From the NCBI GenBank assembly GCA_029288725.1, contig JARIGS010000010.1, positions 23,947-87,946 on the forward strand: 64,000 bases of DNA, read 5' to 3'. The position numbers and the translations under genes are program-made. The DNA comes from Candidatus Nomurabacteria bacterium (GTDB taxonomy: Bacteria > Patescibacteriota > Minisyncoccia > Phycocordibacterales > UBA9973). The notes below the pieces were generated by a model. That model ran no database searches and was not told the origin of the DNA. It saw only the letters and a program-made list of their open reading frames with translations. Positions 58,582-64,000 of this stretch are shown here, piece by piece; positions within the stretch are counted from its first letter, which is position 1, and each line of letters opens with the position of its first letter.

Positions 58582-60099
58582 TTACTCCTCTATTGTACCG
58601 ACAATATGCTTCCCTGTCATTGTTTCGGGGGTGGAAATACCAAGAAGGCCTAATACTGTTGGCGCAAGCCAGGTTAGGTCGCCATTATCATGAATGGTGA
58701 GGCCTTCCTTGGTGACAATACACGGTACTTTGTTGAGAGTGTGTGCGGTGTGAGGGACATTTTCAGTAGCATCAAAATTTACCTCGGCATTGCCGTGGTC
58801 AGCAGTGATGATGGCGATACCATCATGTGCAATCAATGCTTCAATAACACGACCCAATTGTGTATCAGTTTCTTCAAGGGCTTCAATAATCGCTGGGACA
58901 TTGGCAGTATGTCCAACCATGTCGGGATTGGCAAAGTTAATGAAGATGAAATTCACCCCATCCTCAATGCGCTTGATTGCCTCATCGGCAATGCCCTCGG
59001 CCCGCATCTTCGGTGCGAGGTCGTGAGTCTGAACATCCTTGCGACTATCAAGCAGGACAAATTCTTCATTAGTGTGCGGTGTTTCCACTCCGCCATTAAG
59101 GAAATACGTTGCATGAGGAAACTTTTCAGTTTCAGCGATATGGGCTTGGGTCATGCCGGCATCAGCAACTTCCTGAGCCAGTGTCGTTTGCAACACTTCC
59201 GGTGGAAATGCCACGGCAACGTCATACTTGCTGCTGTATTCGGTCATGGTAGTGATAAAGAGGTTTTTTGACTCCTTGTGCTTGAGCAGGGTTTCGGTCA
59301 GCATGCGGGCACGATCAGCGCGGAAGTTAAAGAAAAATACACCATCGTTTTGCTGAATAGGATATGCAGTACCGTCGGCATCGGTTATAACAATGGGCGC
59401 AAGGTGCTCATCATATACGCCCTCGGCATGCAGCTGTTCCATTATTGCTGATGGTTTCAGGTGATGGGTAGTGCCTTCGCCCTCAAAGAGTGCCGCTTCA
59501 GCCTTTGCCAAACGATCCCAGTTACTGTCTCTGTCCATGGCATAGAAGCGTCCACTCATCGTGGCAATGCGCCCAACGCCAATTGTTTCTAGCTCCTGTT
59601 CCAACGTTTTCAAAAATCCGGCAGCGGACTGTGGCGCAGTGTCGCGACCATCGGTAAAGACATGCAGGTATACCTTGGTGATGTTTTGCTTCTTGCAGGC
59701 CTTCAGAAATGCCACCAGGTGGTCATGGTGAGCGTGAACGCCGCCGGTACCAAGCAAGCCAAGGACGTGGATGGCGCTGTCGTGCGTTTGGACATGCTTA
59801 AACAATTGACCAAACGCACTTCGCTCACCAAAACTGTCCTCACGAATTGTTTTGCCAATGCGAACGAGATCAGTATCCAAGGTTCGCCCTGCGCCAATCG
59901 TCATATGACCGATCTCACTGTTCCCTACCTGCCCTTCAGGCAAGCCTACGGCCTCACCACTGGCTTCTAGCAACGTATGCGGGTACATATTCCAATACCT
60001 ATCAAAATTCGGCGTCTTGGCCGCCGCAACGGCATTATCAGCAATTTCTTCACGATACCCCCATCCGTCCAATACAATAAGCGCAACTTGTTTTTTCAT
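58582..60099 (-). CDS. gpmI: 2,3-bisphosphoglycerate-independent phosphoglycerate mutase
   Basis: MKKQVALIVLDGWGY...; start at 60099. Confidence 0.95.
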   Translation of the reverse strand: MKKQVALIVLDGWGYREEIADNAVAAAKTPNFDRYWNMYPHTLLEASGEAVGLPEGQVGNSEIGHMTIGAGRTLDTDLVRIGKTIREDSFGERSAFGQLFKHVQTHDSAIHVLGLLGTGGVHAHHDHLVAFLKACKKQNITKVYLHVFTDGRDTAPQSAAGFLKTLEQELETIGVGRIATMSGRFYAMDRDSNWDRLAKAEAALFEGEGTTHHLKPSAIMEQLHAEGVYDEHLAPIVITDADGTAYPIQQNDGVFFFNFRADRARMLTETLLKHKESKNLFITTMTEYSSKYDVAVAFPPEVLQTTLAQEVADAGMTQAHIAETEKFPHATYFLNGGVETPHTNEEFVLLDSRKDVQTHDLAPKMRAEGIADEAIKRIEDGVNFIFINFANPDMVGHTANVPAIIEALEETDTQLGRVIEALIAHDGIAIITADHGNAEVNFDATENVPHTAHTLNKVPCIVTKEGLTIHDNGDLTWLAPTVLGLLGISTPETMTGKHIVGTIEE

Positions 60100-60160
60100 A
60101 GCGGACACAGTATACAAAACTGTGAGGTACTGAGCAACGCACAAATTAGATAAAAGAAAA

Positions 60161-60188
60161 AGGCCGCCTTTTGTACAAAAGGCGGCCT
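60161..60188 (-). terminator. terminator for 60198..60674 (AGGCCGCCTTTTGT/ACAAAAGGCGGCCT perfect palindrome + T-run on minus)
   Basis: read directly. Confidence 0.65.
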
Positions 60189-60197
60189 AACAAAAAA

Positions 60198-60674
60198 TTA
60201 TCTAAATTCAACATAAAACATATCAAGCACGTTTCTTTCTTGCTGTCTGCACGTTAGACCGCAAAATGATGCGAGTAACTCACATGCGTGAATGGTGGTT
60301 AGGTTCGATTCAAAACGAAAAATTGCTTTATCATCAAACATTGTGCTGTTTAAATTAAAAAGTATCCGTTTTCCAGTAAGTTTAAGTGAGGGTCTATAAA
60401 TACTGACAGTGTTATCTTTTGTATAAAAACACAAAATATCTCCACTTTCTAATGATGTTGTGACAGCATTTTTACAACTTCTCTCCGGGGAAATTACTAA
60501 ACCTGAATTAAACAATGAGGGTTTTTCATTTAAATAATCAATAAACGCCCTGATTGTTACCGTTGGATTATTTATTGCTTTTTGGATTTTTTCAGAATCG
60601 ATTGCCTCGCAATCTATCCCAGTTAAAAGCTTTGCTAAAAGCTCACGAAACTGACCTTCTGTGGCTGATTTCAT
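60198..60674 (-). CDS. hypothetical protein (AT-rich)
   Basis: ORF; promoter TTGACT-17-TAGAGT at 60759. Confidence 0.4.
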   Translation of the reverse strand: MKSATEGQFRELLAKLLTGIDCEAIDSEKIQKAINNPTVTIRAFIDYLNEKPSLFNSGLVISPERSCKNAVTTSLESGDILCFYTKDNTVSIYRPSLKLTGKRILFNLNSTMFDDKAIFRFESNLTTIHACELLASFCGLTCRQQERNVLDMFYVEFR

Positions 60675-60783
60675 TTTTTTTGTTTTTAAATTGTACTACT
60701 TGGTATTTTGAGTCCACCGTTCATATCTCGGACATTTCCCGCACTCTACCTATTTATATTGACAAAGTCAAGAAATAGGATTT

Positions 60784-60816
60784 AAAAAATACCACCATTT
60801 GGTGGTATTTTTTTTA
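60784..60816 (-). terminator. terminator after eno (TACCACCA-TTT-TGGTGGTA flanked by A6/T8)
   Basis: read directly. Confidence 0.7.
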
Positions 60817-60842
60817 TGTTGAACACTTAGTGTTTAACAGGA

Positions 60843-62138
<1,296 letters not shown>

Positions 62139-62298
62139 TTAGTATATCAAAAACCAAAAGACTCTCAAACAATCGAGAATCTTTTGAAAGAAAACTGTCA
62201 TTTATATTTATGCTGTTGTTGAAGATGAATAGTTGATGGTGTACGGCAATACTCGTAAGGTTAGTGATAATGATATTGAAGGTGCATATTTGTTATTG

Positions 62299-62631
62299 TT
62301 ATGAAGTTGTAGGGGCTGTTATTCCTGCATGCTGCAGAAGTATTTGTGCCTGCGTATCCTTTCCTGCTTGGTGCAGGGTGTAAGCGGATACGAGCGCATC
62401 AAACTGATCATGTGTTACTGCCCGGGCTCCTGGTTTACCGGCGATGGCACTGGTAAAGGCATTGTAGTCGTCGTGAGCAATGGCTTGCGCCAAAGCCTGG
62501 TGTAATACGGGTCTGCTCATCTTTTGTATCCAGATCGGCTCTTGTGCCGCATATCCTGTAGCGGCAATCATACCGGCGGATACAATTCCCAGAAGCCCCG
62601 AAAGTAGAATCTTTCGTGTTGCGACCGTCAT
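62299..62631 (-). CDS. hypothetical exported protein
   Basis: N-terminal TM/signal. Confidence 0.35.
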   Translation of the reverse strand: MTVATRKILLSGLLGIVSAGMIAATGYAAQEPIWIQKMSRPVLHQALAQAIAHDDYNAFTSAIAGKPGARAVTHDQFDALVSAYTLHQAGKDTQAQILLQHAGITAPTTS

Positions 62632-62700
62632 AATACGTTGTGTAAATTAATTTAGTAAGGCACGGAATGACATGCTGTCGTTGCTGATGGTCATTCCGTA

Positions 62701-63171
62701 TCAATTCATACGTATCACATTCACATTTCTTTCAAAGTAGTCATCCTGATGTTGAGTTGGATAGCGGTAATACGTGCGCACCATATTATCTTCGGTATTT
62801 TGAGTGATGGCATAGAAAAGAATACCCAAAATAATGCTGCTCGCGACACTTACCAACAGCAATTGCAGCGTAGTGTGACGGTAACCGGTATAGGTATTGC
62901 GCAAAAATGAAGTACTGATAAGGCAGAATATGAAAAATGACACTACCCAGAGCAGCGGAATGGCGGCAATCATCAGTAATTGGTTAGGATGGCCGTGAAG
63001 GATACCGTAAATCAGGCCGGCAATGGTGTAGGCACCGAGGACAGTAGTGATAATGCCCGGAATCCACAAAATACTGTTACGCAAGACGAAATGCCATTTC
63101 GGTCGAGGTCTAACCCGTTGATGCTCAATGGCCGTAAGGATTTTTTCAGTTGTAGTGGTAGTCATTTCCAT
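62701..63171 (-). CDS. hypothetical membrane protein downstream of the ECF sigma (possible anti-sigma)
   Basis: 4 TM; 4 nt after the sigma gene. Confidence 0.4.
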   Translation of the reverse strand: MEMTTTTTEKILTAIEHQRVRPRPKWHFVLRNSILWIPGIITTVLGAYTIAGLIYGILHGHPNQLLMIAAIPLLWVVSFFIFCLISTSFLRNTYTGYRHTTLQLLLVSVASSIILGILFYAITQNTEDNMVRTYYRYPTQHQDDYFERNVNVIRMN

Positions 63172-63175
63172 AGTG

Positions 63176-63757
63176 TTATAAGGATGGTGGTAATTGCTTT
63201 TGTATGCGTTTCTGCAATTGTTTTTTGGCGCGGTTAATGCGGACAGCGACTGTGCCGGCAGGAATTTTCAAAATGTCGGCGATTTCCTCGTAGGACTTGT
63301 CCTCAAAGAAGCGCAGGAGCAGGATTTCCTTGTATTTTTCATCCAAGGTATTCAATGTATTGATAATGTACTGTTTCTGCTCGGCATTGCTGAATTGGGT
63401 GGTGAGATCCTCGTCCACCATCAGCTTTGAAATAATGTCATGCGCCTCATCATCCAATGAAAGGGTCGACCGTCGCTTTTCCCGGCGATACCAGTCGATC
63501 ATCTCATTGTGAGTAATACGATAGATCCAGGAGGAAAATAACAGCGACGTGTCGTATTCGTTGATATTGCGATAGACCTTGATGAAGATATTCTGCAGGA
63601 GGTCCTCGATGTCAGCTGCCGTAGCGGCACTGCGACGCTTGATATACCGAGTGAGCTTGGGCACATACCGATCCACCAATACGGCAAAATATTGCTGATC
63701 CTTTTTGCACTTAATGACCAGTGCTTCATCGGAAAGATGGCTGTGTACTACCTGCAT
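63176..63757 (-). CDS. ECF-type RNA polymerase sigma factor
   Basis: region 2 LLQNIFIKVYRNI...WIYRITHNEMIDWYRR; region 4 SYEEIADILKIPAGTVAVRINRAKKQL. Start chosen so it does not overlap the divergent uppP. Confidence 0.8.
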   Translation of the reverse strand: MQVVHSHLSDEALVIKCKKDQQYFAVLVDRYVPKLTRYIKRRSAATAADIEDLLQNIFIKVYRNINEYDTSLLFSSWIYRITHNEMIDWYRREKRRSTLSLDDEAHDIISKLMVDEDLTTQFSNAEQKQYIINTLNTLDEKYKEILLLRFFEDKSYEEIADILKIPAGTVAVRINRAKKQLQKRIQKQLPPSL

Positions 63758-63793
63758 TCTCTCATTATACGCCAATTCGTGATAAAATCTTCC

Positions 63794-64000
63794 CATGATA
63801 GCAACCATACAGGCAATTTTATTAGGAGCATTACAAGGTATTACTGAACTCTTCCCTATTTCTAGTCTTGGCCACAGCGTCATTCTGCCTACCATCCTGC
63901 AATGGCATATCGATCAGTCCAGTAATACGTTCGTGCTCTTTTTGGTGGCAACGCACTTTGCCACGGCGGTAGTGTTGATTGGTTTCTTCTTTCAGGACTG
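63794..64000 (+). CDS. uppP: undecaprenyl-diphosphate phosphatase, N-terminal part (runs off window end)
   Basis: Own translation MIATIQAILLGALQGITELFPISSLGHSVILPTIL...; not in the ORF track (no stop). Confidence 0.7.

Overview
The window looks like a compact, low-to-moderate-GC bacterial chromosome segment in two parts. Positions ~1-16.6 kb are accessory/mobile DNA. This holds a Gabija-like defence pair (an OLD-family ATPase with Toprim domain plus a UvrD-like helicase, truncated at the window start). It holds two paralogous ~225-aa proteins with an HxDHIxP (HNH-like) motif. One of these is overlapped by, and translationally coupled to, a retron-type reverse transcriptase that is preceded by an extended -10 promoter and an a1/a2-like inverted repeat. 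It also holds a ParB-DNA methyltransferase fusion, terminase small and large subunits, a large serine recombinase, an APH-like kinase and a transglutaminase-like protein. 32-nt direct repeats at 3369-3400 and 16515-16546 bracket this cargo, and the second repeat overlaps the 3' end of a tRNA-Glu gene. This is consistent with a ~13-kb tRNA-integrated island. Positions 16.6-64 kb are core housekeeping. They include rmuC, a DnaQ-like exonuclease, obg, gatB, gap, rpiB, rpe, a split transketolase, a PfkB-family kinase, class II aldolase, L25, L31, prfA, tRNA-Ile, rsmI, a C-terminal processing protease, L9, L27, lexA, gpmI, eno, two ECF sigma factors, a MacAB-like efflux operon, an ABC-F ATPase and a partial uppP. 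Many small hypothetical or secreted proteins lie between them. No rRNA, CRISPR array or IS transposase was seen. Recurring non-coding signals are a 94-nt intergenic repeat in two copies, a TTGAC-N3-GTCAA palindrome in four copies, and a triple CTCTAGCGGG leader repeat. All calls come from reading the sequence and six-frame translations; no database searches were run.
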